A DNA stretch of 64,000 nucleotides, taken from positions 32,001 to 96,000 of the IMG/VR virus record IMGVR_UViG_3300037083_000054. One strand, 5' to 3'. Under the pieces are notes generated by a model that saw only the letters and a list, made by a program, of their open reading frames with translations, was not told where the DNA came from and searched no databases. The stretch comes from a virus. A program made the translations under genes and the position numbers. Positions 1 to 10,606 of this stretch are shown here, in pieces. Position 1 is the first letter of the stretch; every line of letters begins with the position of its first letter.

Positions 1-632
1 CTATTGTCTGTCCGCATTGCTCACGGTCATACAGAGTAGGCGACACGGCCATCGGAAGAAAAGTGTCCTGCATGAATAAGCAGTGCGGGAAGGCATTTGT
101 CGCCACGACCTCAATCCGATCCGCTCAGTTTGATTTTGAAACGGCAAAAACAGAAACGCCAGTTGAGATCACGTTTAAGTCGATTGACGAGGAAAAAACC
201 GAGAAGCAAGCACAAGAATTTGGATTGCCAAAATTTGTGCCTTCCGCTGCGGCACCGCCGCTATCTCCCCCGCCAGTGACACCAGCCTTTTCTTTTGTGG
301 ATGATGATCGAGAGCCATCTCCGTCGCGTAGTACGAACTCTCGATATCCCAACTTGATGCTCAATCTCGAATGGCTGGAAAACGCCGCAAAACGTCAATT
401 AATGATCGCAAGGATAATTGCTCTTTTACTAGCAGTTCTTTCAGTGATCGGCGCAATCGGCGTGATGGTTCAGGTAGGGGATTTCACTACCGGAATCGTT
501 GGAATCGGTCTTTTCCCACCGCTCATCTTGTTTCTGATCATTTCTCCAGCATGGATTCTCTATGTTCTTATGATGGCGACAGTTGAATTCATTCGCGTCA
601 TTATGGACATCGAAAGAAATACCAGAAAATAA
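1..632 (+). CDS. Zn-ribbon (MJ0042-like CxxC..CxxxC) + two-TM membrane protein, 5' partial
   Basis: Frame is open from the window start (IVCPHCSRSYRV...VSCMNKQCGKAF), with a Pro-rich linker and two hydrophobic helices ending DIERNTR; typical planctomycete architecture. Confidence 0.7.
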   Translation, partial: IVCPHCSRSYRVGDTAIGRKVSCMNKQCGKAFVATTSIRSAQFDFETAKTETPVEITFKSIDEEKTEKQAQEFGLPKFVPSAAAPPLSPPPVTPAFSFVDDDREPSPSRSTNSRYPNLMLNLEWLENAAKRQLMIARIIALLLAVLSVIGAIGVMVQVGDFTTGIVGIGLFPPLILFLIISPAWILYVLMMATVEFIRVIMDIERNTRK

Positions 633-1054
633 TCAGACAATTCCGAAACGTCTTAATGCGTTTCAACTTGCGGAAATGCGTTGCGCCTGCCAATTGCGTT
701 GCAAAGCCCGCTCGGGCAACAGTTTCATGATGCCTATTGGCAGCCCGATTCTCTCGGCAATCTTCCTCGTGGAATGTGTTGGTTCCGACCGTGGAGCGAG
801 CAATCCAGCGGCACAAAATCGGCCTGCGAACGAGCGGCCCAAGATCTGATTCGCCCCTATCTGCGGAAGATTGCGGAACTGGAAAAACAGATTTCTTGTC
901 AGAATCTGGCAGAAAATTTCGCGGAATAGTGAACTGAAACCGCATTTCGTGCGTTCTGTGAAGAAGAATGCGGGGAGTGGCTCGTCAGTAAAGAAGAGAA
1001 GTGTTCATGGAGAGTGTGTTGTTGCAATGAATGTGCTGATGAGGAAGGAGAATC

Positions 1055-1342
1055 ATGAGCGACAGTATTCCTGCGGCTGTTCCAAATCCGACGCTGGGCG
1101 AAGTTGCCTTCGTCGCAATAAAAACTCGTGATTATTCCGACTACGGCGACGCCAGCTACTGGTCTGAAAAATATCGAAACCACACTCACGCCAGAGCAAA
1201 ACTCGATTATGAGTTTCAGGCCCAAGCCGTCCGTTCTGCCGTGCTGAAGGAAGTGAGAGAGAAGCTGATTGCGTTCGAACACAATCGCTGTAACAAAGAA
1301 CTGAAAATGAGCGAACTTTTGCAGGAGCTTGGCGATGAGTGA
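1055..1342 (+). CDS. hypothetical phage protein
   Basis: AAGGAG RBS; overlaps the next gene; GEVAF motif shared with paralogous small genes. Confidence 0.6.
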   Translation: MSDSIPAAVPNPTLGEVAFVAIKTRDYSDYGDASYWSEKYRNHTHARAKLDYEFQAQAVRSAVLKEVREKLIAFEHNRCNKELKMSELLQELGDE

Positions 1343-1862
1343 AAAAGACTTGATCGTCGATCGCAAAGAGGACATGTCGCCAGAAGGGAAGCTTCGCATT
1401 TTAATGCAGGACGACGGCGACATGATCGTCGAATGCCTTGAGTGGAACGATAGAACAAAGCTGATCGAGAGAACTGCGGCGGTTGAGTTTTGTACACATG
1501 CTGGCGGTGGTCGCAGTCCAAAAACACGCATGGCATTGTTGCAATTGGCTCATGCGATGGCTGAGGAGAATAAGGCTGATCCCGATAGTGCTGGTGACTG
1601 GCTTGGTGAAGCGTTTCTTGATTGGATATATGACGATGCAACAGCCCCACTTCACGCCAGAATCGCGGAGTTGGAGAAACGAAATTCAGAGATTGAAAAT
1701 CGGCTTGATGTTATTGGCTGTCGGATTGAAAAAGTTCGTGACCTAGCGGCGGAACAGCAAGGCTGGCGATGGGAAGCCGTGGCTAAGACGGTTAATGAGA
1801 TTGAACGAATTTACTGCGGCGAGTTGATTGATCCAGTTCTCGACGGAAAGGACGGTGGGTGA
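1335..1862 (+). CDS. hypothetical phage protein with coiled coil
   Basis: CAGGAG RBS before ATG 1335; coupled to neighbours; LHARIAELE motif. Confidence 0.65.
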   Translation: MSEKDLIVDRKEDMSPEGKLRILMQDDGDMIVECLEWNDRTKLIERTAAVEFCTHAGGGRSPKTRMALLQLAHAMAEENKADPDSAGDWLGEAFLDWIYDDATAPLHARIAELEKRNSEIENRLDVIGCRIEKVRDLAAEQQGWRWEAVAKTVNEIERIYCGELIDPVLDGKDGG

Positions 1863-2236
1863 TGAGTGAGAAATCCGACGGACAGGTAGCGTATGAAACA
1901 ATGTCAGCCGAATACCCGGAAGCACAGTTTGTTCCGTGGTTTCGATTGAGCATTGGGCAGCAGTCAGCATGGAACAAGGTCGTCATTGCGACAAATACAC
2001 ATCTTCACGCCAGAATCGCGGAACTCAACACGGACGTTTCCAATCTTGAAATGGCGGTTGATCATGCGGAAGCGATTGCCAAACAGGAGAAGAAAGAAGT
2101 GTTGTCGCTTCATGCCAGAATCGAGGAGTTGGGGACAGTTCTATGTTCCATCAAAACAGATTTGCACGGGAGTTGTACACCAGCGATGCGAGGAATAATC
2201 GACCGAGTTCTCGACGGAAAGGGTGGTGAAGTGTGA
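1862..2236 (+). CDS. hypothetical phage protein
   Basis: TGATG coupling; GQVAY and two LHARIxEL motifs. Confidence 0.6.
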   Translation: MSEKSDGQVAYETMSAEYPEAQFVPWFRLSIGQQSAWNKVVIATNTHLHARIAELNTDVSNLEMAVDHAEAIAKQEKKEVLSLHARIEELGTVLCSIKTDLHGSCTPAMRGIIDRVLDGKGGEV

Positions 2237-2490
2237 GAGATCTTACCTACGACGATATCGAGGATGTGATTGAGTTGGTACGAGATAATGCTCCAGCCAG
2301 TCGTCAGCTTAATACGATCATCATTTTGGCATATCAGCGAGATGATCAAATTGCTGAGATCGTCCGACTTCGTGTCGCGTTGGAGAATATTCTATCTGTT
2401 ACCAAAAATAATCGACTATCTCTTGGTGAAGCGTTCAGTGAAATGTCAATTATTGCCAGCGAAGCTCTGTCGGGAAAGGGGGAGATGTAA
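2233..2490 (+). CDS. hypothetical phage protein
   Basis: GTGA overlap with the previous gene. Confidence 0.5.
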   Translation: MRDLTYDDIEDVIELVRDNAPASRQLNTIIILAYQRDDQIAEIVRLRVALENILSVTKNNRLSLGEAFSEMSIIASEALSGKGEM

Positions 2491-2668
2491 TGATGATAAA
2501 AATTCTGTTGAGTGAGGGTGAGGCAAATTTGATTTTAGAGGTTGCTAAATCTTGTAGTGTTCCTGACTTGTCAGTCCCAAAGTGTCGGATCGGCAATAGC
2601 GTAACGGCAGACTATTGGAGGGGGATTGCCGAGAAAATTGAGCATCTACTGAAGCGGGAGGGGAAGTA

Positions 2669-2980
2669 GTGAACGGAATTGATTTAATCAAGCAAGAACG
2701 TGGACGGCAGATATCAATCGAAGGTTACCGAGACGTACACGATGATATGCACGTCAGTGGTGAACTTGTACGAGCCGCAGAAGCATATTGTCATGCGATT
2801 GAATGGGTTGATGATCAGATAGTTGCGCGAACACTAAGGCCATCATTTCCATGGCCGTGGGAGAAGAAATGGTGGAAACCGTCAACCGACAATATTAAAA
2901 ACCTCACGAAAGCCGGGGCATTGATCGCGGCTGAAATCGACAGGCTTTTACGTCTTCAGGAAAGGAAGTCAGCGAAGTGA
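2669..2980 (+). CDS. conserved phage hypothetical protein
   Basis: ERxRQI.EGY...HDD.H..GEL..AA, WPW..WWKP and L.KAGALIAAEIDRL pattern common in phages. Confidence 0.7.
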   Translation: MNGIDLIKQERGRQISIEGYRDVHDDMHVSGELVRAAEAYCHAIEWVDDQIVARTLRPSFPWPWEKKWWKPSTDNIKNLTKAGALIAAEIDRLLRLQERKSAK

Positions 2981-3365
2981 AAACCATCGACGAAATGATC
3001 GCAGTGATGCAGGCCGCAAAATTAGAAAACGGCAAAAACATTCAAATCAGCGATAAGAGCGTTGAACGCTGGTCTGACTGCTACGGAATGCCCGGTTGGA
3101 ACTGGGGGGAATTCGACTACCGCATCGTCCCTCCCCCCCCCCAGTAGAGAAGTGGGTGCATTGGACGATTGAGGAGTGGGAACAAAAAATTCCAATCGCC
3201 GTTCGCCAAAAGAGCACGGGAATCCTTGCGACAGCTTGCGTTTCGGAGAGAGGCAAGATTTGCGTTATTGGTTTGGAGGGGCCGAATTGGAGGACTCTTG
3301 AGCAAGCCTTGAAAGAGTTGACGCTATTTGATGGCAGTCCTTGTGGGAAGTTGGTGACGGAATGA
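2977..3365 (+). pseudogene. phage hypothetical gene split by a frameshift at a C10 tract
   Basis: GTG 2977 MKTIDEMIAVMQA...PGWNWGEFDYRIVPPPPQ stops at 3147; the continuation PVEKWVHW... lies in another frame across C10 (3133-3142). Confidence 0.6.
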
Positions 3366-4314
3366 TTAGTATTAAGCCTGCGACAGTTAATATGCCTCCA
3401 CGAATTGCTTTGTGCAGACGGTGCGGAAAGCCTTTATGTCGTAGTTCATGTCGTGGAGAAGTCTGTCCAAAGTGCCTGAAGATAAAGTGAAAGACAAATG
3501 ACTCTATCCCCATCCCAACTAGAAGCAGCGGCAAGAGAGTTGTGTAGGCTGAGAGGGAACGAGACGGACGATGAACAGCAGATGTTCCTGAATATCAGGT
3601 GGGCCATTCGAGAAATCAATTTAGCGTTATCAATTGACCCAGACATCCTCGCAGCCATCGAACACGGAAGGAAATCAAAACGACAACGTCAACAGTGATC
3701 ATGGTGAAATGTGACGGTCCTGATTGTCTGCGAAAACACACGGTGGAGACTGGCAGCACGAATCGCTCGGCTGTCGTTGGAAATCGAACTTGGGCGGACA
3801 CAGATGAATGTTCGAAGATAGTCCCGCATTTGCAGGCATTCGTTAATAGAGGGGAGTTGGGGGAATGAATTTTAAGGTAACGCGAACTACTGGGGACATT
3901 GGCAATATCGGAGAAGTTCTCATTGAGGACTGGAAGAACGATCTGCAATGGCAAGGAAAGATCGTGGAGAGTCGGAGCACTCCATGACGATTCTTCGCGG
4001 CTCAGAACGAATATGTCTGCATTAACGCAGGCGTCGTACCGGACTGGGGACTTCAGGGCGATCTGAACGAGGCCGTTCAGGATTTTATTTCCAAGGAAGT
4101 CTGCGTCGAATGTAAAGGGCCAACCAATTTGTCTGGCGATGACTGCCCCTTGAACGACGACAGTAAGGCACTCTGCATTGAATGCTTCAATAAGATGTCG
4201 ACATAACCGGCGGAGACCGGTCGTACAATCAGATTGTTTTCTCGAAATCAATCTGTGATAATAATTTGCACAAATTGACTCCCAACGAACCGCAAGATCA
4301 AGGATGGTTTTGAA

Positions 4315-4941
4315 ATGGCAGGAAAGCCAAGGCGGGCAAAGCCTTACAACGCGAAGCCCAAGAGTCAACAGAAGCCGTGGGAGCCGACCGCGACCCAGCA
4401 AGAGTGGTATCGCAAGTGGGTCATCGAGGGGTGGGGTCCATTGCAGATTGCCCAGAACGAGAACCCGCCGGTGCATGCTCAGAACGTCTGCACGATGCTG
4501 TGGAAGATCGACAAATGGATGCGAGCGATGACACAGGATCAATTGGCGTCCTATCGGCATCGGCAGGTCCAGCAGTGCGAGATGGTGATGGCGGAAGCAT
4601 TGGCGTCATGGCGGAAGTCCCATGGGAAGATCATTAAAATCACAACGATGGACAATGATAACGGAATATCGACAAAAGAGACAGTCGAGATGAGCCATGG
4701 GAATCCAGCCTATCTCATGGTTTACCTTGCGGCCCAGAAAGCGATTGCGAATATCCTCGGCCTCGAAGCGGCCAAGCAGTCGGAAATGAAGATCCTGCAT
4801 GCGGAAGAAATCGAGGGATTGCCAGGAATGCAAGGATATGCGAATCGGTCAGAAGCATTGCTGGCTCAAGCGGATGCCATTCGGACACTCGCTTTGACAT
4901 ATCAGCCGACCGAGGACGAGGCCATTCGGACGCTCGATTAA
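4315..4941 (+). CDS. candidate terminase small subunit / HTH protein
   Basis: 208 aa, basic N-terminus, HTH-like segment then helices ending ILGLEAA; TerS-like size and architecture but not adjacent to TerL. Confidence 0.4.
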   Translation: MAGKPRRAKPYNAKPKSQQKPWEPTATQQEWYRKWVIEGWGPLQIAQNENPPVHAQNVCTMLWKIDKWMRAMTQDQLASYRHRQVQQCEMVMAEALASWRKSHGKIIKITTMDNDNGISTKETVEMSHGNPAYLMVYLAAQKAIANILGLEAAKQSEMKILHAEEIEGLPGMQGYANRSEALLAQADAIRTLALTYQPTEDEAIRTLD

Positions 4942-4957
4942 ATAAGCGGCTTATTTA
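4939..4957. repeat. 19-bp palindrome TAAATAAGC-S-GCTTATTTA, copy 1
   Basis: Perfect 9-bp arms; recurs at 11851, 50297 and 54893. Confidence 0.9.
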
Positions 4958-5015
4958 TTTCAGTCTATTTTTCTCGATGTTTTTGAAAAGTGAGGAAGAA
5001 ATCTGGAGATTTGCC

Positions 5016-5048
5016 TTGACGCTGTCGATATCATTATTATGATATAGT
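5016..5048 (+). promoter_or_regulatory. sigma70-like promoter TTGACG-16-TATGAT with ATATCA-N6-TGATAT inverted repeat
   Basis: Near-identical to 50355-50388. Confidence 0.7.
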
Positions 5049-5097
5049 GAGTATTGGCCATCCATTCGAGAACAATTCAGACGCGGAGTGAAAACCC

Positions 5098-5490
5098 ATG
5101 CAAACTGAAACAATGACTCTTCCTGAAACTGTGAGCATTCCAGAACAGAATTTATTCCGCTTGCAGGAAGCGATTGCGAAGCTTCAGCGGCGTGCGGAGA
5201 CTCGGAAAGTTCTCGTCTATCGATTTCATGCCGAGAATGTGAGACCGGTAGCTTTGGAAGCGTCAGTGCGGATTGTCTTATCTCATATTCATAGGTATGG
5301 CGGCAAAGTGATTGCTGCTCAACTCGTCATCGAGATTGATCGAATCCGGAACCGATTTGAAGTGACAGCCTATTACGAAGGCGATATTCCTCCCATCAAT
5401 CGGCAGCGGGTCGAATCTTACATGAATCCAAAATCATGGGGCCAGTCGTGGTCGACTGAGGAGTTGAGAAATCAACGGCGACCTGTTTGA
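5098..5490 (+). CDS. hypothetical protein
   Basis: GGAG RBS, downstream of the promoter at 5016. Confidence 0.6.
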   Translation: MQTETMTLPETVSIPEQNLFRLQEAIAKLQRRAETRKVLVYRFHAENVRPVALEASVRIVLSHIHRYGGKVIAAQLVIEIDRIRNRFEVTAYYEGDIPPINRQRVESYMNPKSWGQSWSTEELRNQRRPV

Positions 5491-6344
5491 CGCAGTTTCA
5501 GGTTACTCCGGTTCTCCCATCCGGGAATATTCGATCGTCCGCCCGATCTGACTTTTCGTTCTGGAAGCGATGATCTCTGGCCGTTGAGCGTGCGGGGAAT
5601 GAAGAACTCGCCCTGGAGACCGCGTTTCAAACCGGCGAGTCTTGGAACTGCTGGCAAATCACCGATATCAATGATTGCGACATTTGTTTGATGGCCCGAA
5701 ACAGTATGGCGAATCCGGAAATTATCCCAAACGAATTTTCCGGCAGACGCTGCATGTTTGAATTCCGTGAAGAGGGAATACGAAACTGGCCAATATTTGT
5801 AAGAAGCGCCCGGACCTGCTCGATGCTTCGAATCTCCCGCAAGAAATCGAACGACGATTGCCCCGGTTCCGCTTGTGTCGCCATTCGTCGGGAACAGAAA
5901 CGCAATTGAAAATACATTAGATGAGCCATTCACCAGAATCGGCCCTTCCATGACCGGTTCTGTGTTGCGATGCCCCAATCGGTAATCGTCATCGTCTGGC
6001 GGCTGATTCGTTCTGACTTGATAATGCGGTCGTGCGGAAGGGATGTTCAATCCGCTATTTCCCGCAGCTTGCGGCAGTTCCAATTCATTCATCAATTGTT
6101 GAGCAGCTTCAATCTCCGCTCGCGAGAGTGAAGAGGACTGCTTACTGAACGGTTTGAAGAGTGCCGCAAGCAATTGGCCAGTCGCTCCGAGGCTTTTCTC
6201 GCCAGCGGTCGAAATTTGCTTGCTAAGCCATTGGCGAAGGCCCCCGGTCGTTTTCCCCGCCGATCCCGCTTTGGCTTGAATCTCGGCGGCAATTTGGTCC
6301 TGCTTGCGTTTGTTATTGAATGAGGGGAATAGGGGACTAGCCAC
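5472..6344 (-). CDS. KTSC-domain-containing protein
   Basis: SSNVFSIAF...VRF...YKY..V...F..AASAGKFV KTSC pattern. Confidence 0.65.
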   Translation of the reverse strand: MASPLFPSFNNKRKQDQIAAEIQAKAGSAGKTTGGLRQWLSKQISTAGEKSLGATGQLLAALFKPFSKQSSSLSRAEIEAAQQLMNELELPQAAGNSGLNIPSARPHYQVRTNQPPDDDDYRLGHRNTEPVMEGPILVNGSSNVFSIAFLFPTNGDTSGTGAIVVRFLAGDSKHRAGPGASYKYWPVSYSLFTEFKHAASAGKFVWDNFRIRHTVSGHQTNVAIIDIGDLPAVPRLAGLKRGLQGEFFIPRTLNGQRSSLPERKVRSGGRSNIPGWENRSNLKLRQTGRR

Positions 6345-6588
6345 TGAGAGACTCCTTCCGAGGCGTTTCGGCTTTCCAAATTAGAGTCTTTTTGCCATCT
6401 TCGACAACGGCGATGAATCCGCCGGTCGATTGTGGTGTCAAAAGCTCATAGATCCGCGTGAGTAGCAATTCATCGGAGAACGAATCGGCACGCAACAGGA
6501 TTCTCTGGACCCGCTTTGTTTGCTTCGCTGTTTCGCCGGTCAATCGCATGATGCCGCATTGTCATGTTTTTGCGGCATCCGGTCCAGA

Positions 6589-7269
6589 TCAAAGGCTCTG
6601 CGGGAACTCCGCAATCCGACTTTCCCACTGCTTATAGAACTCGCTTCGGAGCCGACCGTTTTTGTCGCAGAAGTCCCAGAGTTCTCGCGAGAAATAGATG
6701 CCTGTCGGGATTGTTTCGCCTTGATGATATTCGCCGCTCTGTGGGAATTCAGAGCGACGACTGGACCAGAGCCGATAAAACACAATCCCGCATCGGCTAT
6801 TGTCCCGATCGCGGCAAAAGTCCTCCAGGTCGCTCGACCAATAAACGCCGTGTGGAATCGGATCTTTCTCGCTTTTAATAAAATCAGTCGCCGATTTCTC
6901 TGGTGGATTCGCGAGCGTCATTCCGGGCGGCAGAAGGATCGCTTTCAGTCCCGCAGATTCGAATTCTTTCCTGATGAATGCATCCTTGTGCTGATTGCCC
7001 CATGCAGTTTGGTCGCATTGGATAATGATGAACTGTTGATTGTTCGTCGTTTGAGGAAGCAGAATGGGATTGCCCATTGAACCGCTGTTCTTGGCGATCA
7101 CTTCCCGCAGAAGTTCAATGGCCTCTGATGTTGGCTTGGCAAACAAGCATTTCTTCTCCGCTGCTGCCTGATGGTAAGCATTGTGAATGTCGACTTGTGA
7201 TTGTGCTTGTCGAAAAAGACGATCTATGGTTGCATCGTCGAATTCATCGGGCAACAGATTGTCTGTCAT
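6589..7269 (-). CDS. hypothetical protein
   Basis: 226-aa ORF within a coupled minus-strand run. Confidence 0.6.
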   Translation of the reverse strand: MTDNLLPDEFDDATIDRLFRQAQSQVDIHNAYHQAAAEKKCLFAKPTSEAIELLREVIAKNSGSMGNPILLPQTTNNQQFIIIQCDQTAWGNQHKDAFIRKEFESAGLKAILLPPGMTLANPPEKSATDFIKSEKDPIPHGVYWSSDLEDFCRDRDNSRCGIVFYRLWSSRRSEFPQSGEYHQGETIPTGIYFSRELWDFCDKNGRLRSEFYKQWESRIAEFPQSL

Positions 7270-7595
7270 AGTTCATCGAATTCCTTTCTCAATGCGGCAA
7301 TCTCGGCATCGCAAATGGCCAGCAACTTCAATTTGATCTCACTCATCAATTCTGAGACGACGATTGCTGAGGCGGAAAATTGATAGCCTATTGGAGTGTA
7401 TGGGCCATCCTCGGAATACTGAATTCTGCCGCCAATGTCATTGAATCCATGCGTGATTTGAAAGACACGACTTTTCTCGACCGATTGTCGAACAACAATC
7501 GCTCGACCAATTTGATGCTGAAGTGCATGGCCTCGATCAATCCGAGCGGCTTGACTGATCAGTTCTTCCGATTTCATGATTGCTTCCTCGCCCAT
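7266..7595 (-). CDS. hypothetical protein
   Basis: Coupled ORF in the minus-strand run. Confidence 0.5.
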   Translation of the reverse strand: MGEEAIMKSEELISQAARIDRGHALQHQIGRAIVVRQSVEKSRVFQITHGFNDIGGRIQYSEDGPYTPIGYQFSASAIVVSELMSEIKLKLLAICDAEIAALRKEFDEL

Positions 7596-7927
7596 TCAAG
7601 ACATTGGATCATTCGGTCAATATAACGCAAATGTGACACCAGTTTCGGAGAGGCTTTGCCGAATTCAGTCTCGTACTTCCGAGCGGCCTCGGCAATCTGT
7701 TCAGGTTCCAAGCAGGATGATTTCCAGTAGGCAATCTGATATTCATGCAAGCATTTCGTGATACCAGCAAACTGGTTGAAGAACTCGACTTCATAAGCAC
7801 CAGTCTGGTAGCAGTGGACGATCACTCCTGCCGTTCCCGCCGGGATCGTTCGATATTCGGTGCCGATTCCATTTCCGACAGTGAAGTCTCTGGTTGTGAC
7901 GATGCAATCGTGTTCTTCGAATCTCAT
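7574..7927 (-). CDS. DUF4926-like protein
   Basis: MRFEEHDCIV...IPAGTAGVIVHCY..GAYEVEF; start reassigned to 7927 (ATGA overlap). Confidence 0.65.
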   Translation of the reverse strand: MRFEEHDCIVTTRDFTVGNGIGTEYRTIPAGTAGVIVHCYQTGAYEVEFFNQFAGITKCLHEYQIAYWKSSCLEPEQIAEAARKYETEFGKASPKLVSHLRYIDRMIQCLEWARKQS

Positions 7928-8181
7928 CTGACAATCCTCGCCATCGACTTCAATCGTTTCTTCCAGTATTCCGGATCGTCTTCCATATGCTCCAAAAGAC
8001 GATTCAGGCATCCTCGCCGCACTTCTCCATCTATCCCTGCGTCTTCGACATCCTCGATGGTTTCGAGTTTCACCCCGAGCATTGCTGCAAACAATGGTTG
8101 CGACCATCCAAGCTTCTCTCGGACTTGCTTGACTCCGAGTCCATTATAAATCGGAGGTTCGTCGATGATGGGATCAGTCAT
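7924..8181 (-). CDS. XRE-family HTH protein
   Basis: VKQVREKLGWSQPLFAAMLGVKLETIEDVE. Confidence 0.75.
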   Translation of the reverse strand: MTDPIIDEPPIYNGLGVKQVREKLGWSQPLFAAMLGVKLETIEDVEDAGIDGEVRRGCLNRLLEHMEDDPEYWKKRLKSMARIVR

Positions 8182-8734
8182 GATTTTGAGCCATTGTATG
8201 ATGGTCCACGGCCTCAAATGTCTTCGTCGCCATCTTCGCGGCCACTTCGTCATAGCTCACGGGATAGAAGTCCCATGGATCGACACCGACATCAAATGAG
8301 CGATGATTCAGTTCGGGAAGCGATCCATGCGAATGAGCATGGAGGCTCCAAGACCCATAATGCATGCAATTCCAAGTTCTCAGAGCATAATGAAACAAGT
8401 AAATCTTCTGCGTGCCGACTTTCAATCCAAAATAATCCTTGATCCAAACAAACCGATCGACGCACAGCTTATGCTCTGCAACGCTCTCATGGTTCCCTCG
8501 GATCAAATAAATCTGGCCGTTGAGTCGATTCAGAATCTTCCGGGCTTCAGAAGGCGTTCCGAGTGCGACGTCGCCGAGATGGTAAACCCGGTCGGATTTG
8601 CTGATTCGTTCGTTCCATCTCTCGATGATCGTCTCGTTCATTTCTTCCAATGACGAGAAGTGATTATTGCGGAAGAGTTCTTGGCACTTCCGATGATTGA
8701 AATGCGTGTCGGCGGTGAAGAAGACGTTGTTCAT
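8174..8734 (-). CDS. calcineurin-like metallophosphoesterase
   Basis: DTHFNH, LGD, GNHE, HAHSH and DVGVD motifs. Confidence 0.9.
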   Translation of the reverse strand: MNNVFFTADTHFNHRKCQELFRNNHFSSLEEMNETIIERWNERISKSDRVYHLGDVALGTPSEARKILNRLNGQIYLIRGNHESVAEHKLCVDRFVWIKDYFGLKVGTQKIYLFHYALRTWNCMHYGSWSLHAHSHGSLPELNHRSFDVGVDPWDFYPVSYDEVAAKMATKTFEAVDHHTMAQNHD

Positions 8735-9171
8735 GATTCCCAGTGAAGGAAGAGCCTAACGATTTCACGAAAGACATAGACAAGCGACCAGACACCAATA
8801 GCGAACAGAACGAGGTCAGCGAGCAATTTCACGGGCTTTTTCATCATTCCTCCGCAATCATCAAAGCACGTCTCAAATCCACCAAATTAAAGAATTCGAT
8901 CGGCAACGATTCCGAATTGTGCGACGGAAACCATCGGATCTGAAATGCATCCCACATCACGCCAAACCGATCAATCCGTCTATCTCGACTGGCCAGATAT
9001 CGCATTAATGGAACGTCGTCTTGAGCCAGTAATCCTACTCGCAAATTCTTCACAGAAAACTTCCTTGTTTGATTTCGATGGTTTGTGCCCAGGGGATAAA
9101 CATTGCAATGCCGACTGCGGTCGCCATGAACATCACGGCGACGAGGAACGAAAAGAGATCCCGATGCCGTT

Positions 9172-9522
9172 TCATGCTTCCGACTCCGCTTCCAATATTG
9201 GCACGAAATCGTCGTCATCAACCATGTGTTCAAGCATGCTTGGTTTGCGACGGAAACTTTGAAACAGCAGCGGCGAATCTGGCGAACATGGAATCGGATG
9301 TCCGGGGATTACAAGATCGAACGACGGATGCCAGATCGTCGCCGTCAGCGTGCGATTCCATTGGCAGACATCCAAGGAAACGATATCGCATCCTTCTGGG
9401 ATCTCCTCCGTCACTGGCAATCCGTAGAACTCGTTCGGCTTATTGAACGAATTCAAAAGATTAATGAGGACGGAATAGCTGATGGCAATCTGTTTATAGC
9501 GTGGCTCACGTTCATACGACAT
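9172..9522 (-). CDS. hypothetical protein
   Basis: AAGGA RBS; part of the minus-strand run. Confidence 0.55.
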   Translation of the reverse strand: MSYEREPRYKQIAISYSVLINLLNSFNKPNEFYGLPVTEEIPEGCDIVSLDVCQWNRTLTATIWHPSFDLVIPGHPIPCSPDSPLLFQSFRRKPSMLEHMVDDDDFVPILEAESEA

Positions 9523-9537
9523 TGAGGCATTCCTTTG

Positions 9538-9789
9538 CTATTTTCGAGTGATGATCAATCGACCTGATGCGTCATATAACCTGACCACATTACCGGATTG
9601 ATTGGCATGACCAGTTTGGATGCCGCGTGCATTGTAGAATCGCGTGACGTTGCCGGATGTTGTCGAGCGACCGATAGGGATTCCAGATTGGGAATAGTAT
9701 CGGACCGTCTGCGATGGCTTGTCGGCAGCATCCACCGAATCCGCCGACAAAATGCACAATGAAATGATAGCCGCGAGCTGATAAATCAT
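9538..9789 (-). CDS. small secreted beta-hairpin repeat protein
   Basis: Signal peptide plus three (R)(Y/F/L)Y...G repeats. Confidence 0.6.
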   Translation of the reverse strand: MIYQLAAIISLCILSADSVDAADKPSQTVRYYSQSGIPIGRSTTSGNVTRFYNARGIQTGHANQSGNVVRLYDASGRLIITRK

Positions 9790-10340
9790 GGTGCGGGCGT
9801 CCAGATTGGTGGAGTTGTGTCATCGGGCCAAAACGGAAGAATAAATGTCCCGACCGTCTTCCCTTTGACTTCCAAGTCCCGGATATCGGTCGATGGATTG
9901 GCGAGGGATGGATAACGGCAAATCAACTGAACGCGATTTTTGCGGCCCCATTCAGCGAAGTCACCCGCGAACGATGGTTGCTCCTGAATGAAGGAATAGA
10001 CCGTCTGTTCGACGAACTGCGAGATGGCTTGTCGGCGTTCCCGCATCTCATTCACGACCTCATCGCGAATCGCCGTCTCCCGTGCTTTCTCTGGAGCGAC
10101 TTTCTCCACGGCTTGCGAGAACACTTCGTCATACAGCGGCTCGGTATCGCGACAACGGTCCATCCAGCCGGATTCGACGTCGTATTGAACTTGCTCGCCG
10201 TGGCATTCGTAGGTCAGGAGGAATCCGGATTTTCCATCCCGAGTGACCGGAACAGTAAACGCTTTCGCAACCTTTACGCCGCACTTCCCGCAGCGAGGGA
10301 GAGCTTTGCAGTGTTGGACTTTCAGGACTTCGGGCATCAT
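9786..10340 (-). CDS. hypothetical protein with CxxC
   Basis: 184-aa coupled ORF. Confidence 0.55.
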   Translation of the reverse strand: MMPEVLKVQHCKALPRCGKCGVKVAKAFTVPVTRDGKSGFLLTYECHGEQVQYDVESGWMDRCRDTEPLYDEVFSQAVEKVAPEKARETAIRDEVVNEMRERRQAISQFVEQTVYSFIQEQPSFAGDFAEWGRKNRVQLICRYPSLANPSTDIRDLEVKGKTVGTFILPFWPDDTTPPIWTPAP

Positions 10341-10606
10341 TGTTCCTTGCTATCGAGGAGTTCTTGCAGTTTCCGAATCTCAGTGTTTTTCTCGCTGATC
10401 GTATCTTCGAGTTCAGCAACTTTGTCTTCCAGATGACATTTGTCCGAATCGAGAACCTCTTCCCGAGCTTCCGATTCTTCAAGCTTTGTCTCAAGAGTCT
10501 CGATTTCGTCTTCGAGATCCACGACATCTGATTGCAAACCGGAAATTCTCGCATTCTCAGCGGAGTCGTCTTCATAGTCCGCGATCAATCGCCGGACGAC
10601 TTCCAC
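10337..10606 (-). CDS. acidic coiled-coil protein
   Basis: Heptad pattern; ATGA overlap. Confidence 0.55.
   Translation of the reverse strand: MEVVRRLIADYEDDSAENARISGLQSDVVDLEDEIETLETKLEESEAREEVLDSDKCHLEDKVAELEDTISEKNTEIRKLQELLDSKEQ

Noticed and set aside
3616-4560. 314-aa minus-strand ORF
   Set aside because: It opposes the plus-strand gene run, overlaps the TerS candidate and has no motifs.
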